A model generated the notes under the pieces. The model saw only the letters and a list, made by a program, of their open reading frames with translations, was not told the origin of the DNA and ran no database searches. A DNA stretch of 63,911 bases, filler included, from Sphacelaria rigidula (Eukaryota): the NCBI GenBank assembly GCA_964200075.2. It is 11 parts of 11 records of this genome, joined end to end, with 100 filler letters (N's around TTAATTAATTAA, not from the genome) between each part and the next. Parts side by side here need not be neighbours in the genome. Positions count along the whole stretch, not along the records: positions 58,193 to 63,911 come from CAXNAA020024995.1; 10 more parts are not named here. The stretch is one strand, 5' to 3'. The translations under genes were made by a program, and so were the position numbers. Positions 62,733 to 63,911 of this stretch are shown in pieces. Each line of letters begins with the position of its first letter. Within the stretch, counting starts at the first letter, position 1.

Positions 62733-63700
62733 GAGCTGGGCCAGCAGTAAATCCCGCATTCGCTTTTCACACCAAAACTTCTCAACTTTTCCAAATTAAC
62801 GCGACTTGAGCTTACCGCTGTGAAGTGCAGACCAACCTGGTATCACATACCACCGCCGCTGAATGATGAAAAAATTGAAGAAAAAGAGGACATGTCGGGA
62901 TTTGAACTCATGACCTCTATGATTAGAGTCTCCTTTATCACTCGGATTGAAGTGGCGCGGCCGTGTCACAAGAAAAGTGCGATGCCGCGCCCAATTCCAG
63001 GTATTTTTGCCCGAAACTCAACCAGAATGTCTTTGACGCGAGGGCCCCTATGTGTTGGAGCGTTGTCGTCGTTTTTATTATTTTTTTACGGAACTTCTTA
63101 TGGGATGTTTGCTGTTTTTGCTGAAGCTTCACCTCGCTCTAACTTCCTGTTTGTTCTGTTTCTTCTTCTCTGCACCCCCAATAGGATTGCACGGCTTGAT
63201 GATCAAAATGTCGTGTCAAAATTTCAGCGTCCAACTCTTCGAAATACCAATGGCATCTCCACGCGTCTTCCAAAAATCGGCAAGGTGAAGAGGATGTACC
63301 GGGACAGAATCTGCTTCGTCGAATTAGCGGGTGAAGCCCGCATCAGGAGCCAAACCTCCCACACGAAGATTAGGATAACCCGAAGTGAAATGACAGAAGC
63401 GCGACTATGGCCGAGTGTTCAAACTCAGCACCGGCCCAAGATTGAAGACCTCTCCACAATCAGACCGAGCACTACAAGATGGGACATGCCCTGTTTCACT
63501 ACTGTACCGCAGGAAAAACACTCAAGTCCTCTCTCATGTGCTGGAGCTTGAACTATCTGTTCCGTTGTGGTGTGTTCACGCATTGCGAAGACGGTTTGGA
63601 TTGCATGAGCTGCTATCTTGTCGTTACGTTCGTCTCTGCAGAAAACAATGTTGATCGGCACGCAGTGCTGGCTGCACGCTGTTGAAAGCTTCATGGGCGT
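62733..63700 (+). mobile_element. Element starting GAGCTGGGCCAGC, containing the antisense tRNA-like cassette and the 1390-1700 module
   Basis: Terminus at 62733; homology to 3400-3830 (reverse) and 1430-1640 (forward). Confidence 0.65.
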
Positions 63701-63851
63701 GTTGACTGTTTCGTCTTCGGTAAGACGAACAACGCGCTGTCCGTTGCTGCGACACTCCAGCTGGTGCCGTGCGTTGGGCGCCTATACTGTACCGTACTAC
63801 TGTATTGTGTTCAGTGTACAATACTGTATTACCCATGATACTACCCCGGTC

Positions 63852-63911
63852 GCCCCGGTGGCTCAGTTGGTAACCTCGTAACCTTCTGGTGGTTGAGTTG
63901 TGGGGTTCGAT
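63852..63911 (+). mobile_element. tRNA-derived head (SINE or tRNA pseudogene), cut by the window end
   Basis: GCCCCGGTGGCTCAGTTGGTAA (A box) ... GGGGTTCGAT (B box); no clean anticodon stem. Confidence 0.6.

Noticed and set aside
62820..63551. 243-aa ORF as a gene (also 15645-16226, 6561-7190, 55686-56288)
   Set aside because: They overlap repeat modules or the antisense of other features, have no recognisable motifs, and the 62820 homologue in contig 1 does not keep the frame

Overview
This is eukaryotic DNA, not one locus. It is 11 unrelated contigs of 5719-5720 bp, concatenated with artificial 100-bp linkers (N-TTAATTAATTAA-N), so adjacency across linkers means nothing. Short exons in long repeat-filled introns, the ankyrin and LRR gene types, and a WVDD-type Gypsy reverse transcriptase suggest a brown alga or related stramenopile (inference). 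Supported content: spliced fragments of two ankyrin-repeat genes, an RI-type LRR gene, a possible TRP-like gene and several uncharacterised genes; Copia and Gypsy remnants; RTE and CCHC-knuckle LINE ends; a tRNA-derived SINE family; and several MITE/foldback families. The most interesting signals are (1) a decayed, intron-containing KDZ-like (Kyakuja-Dileera-Zisupton) transposase spanning contig 1, (2) a family of elements ending in GAGCTGGGCCAGC, usually next to GTAC, some carrying a tRNA-like Pol III cassette, (3) Sola2-like MITEs with shared ends and length but two interiors, (4) a SINE with a 76-bp flanking duplication, and (5) a decayed gene region with a possible SF3 helicase in contig 10. 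No intact novel system can be demonstrated from the sequence alone.
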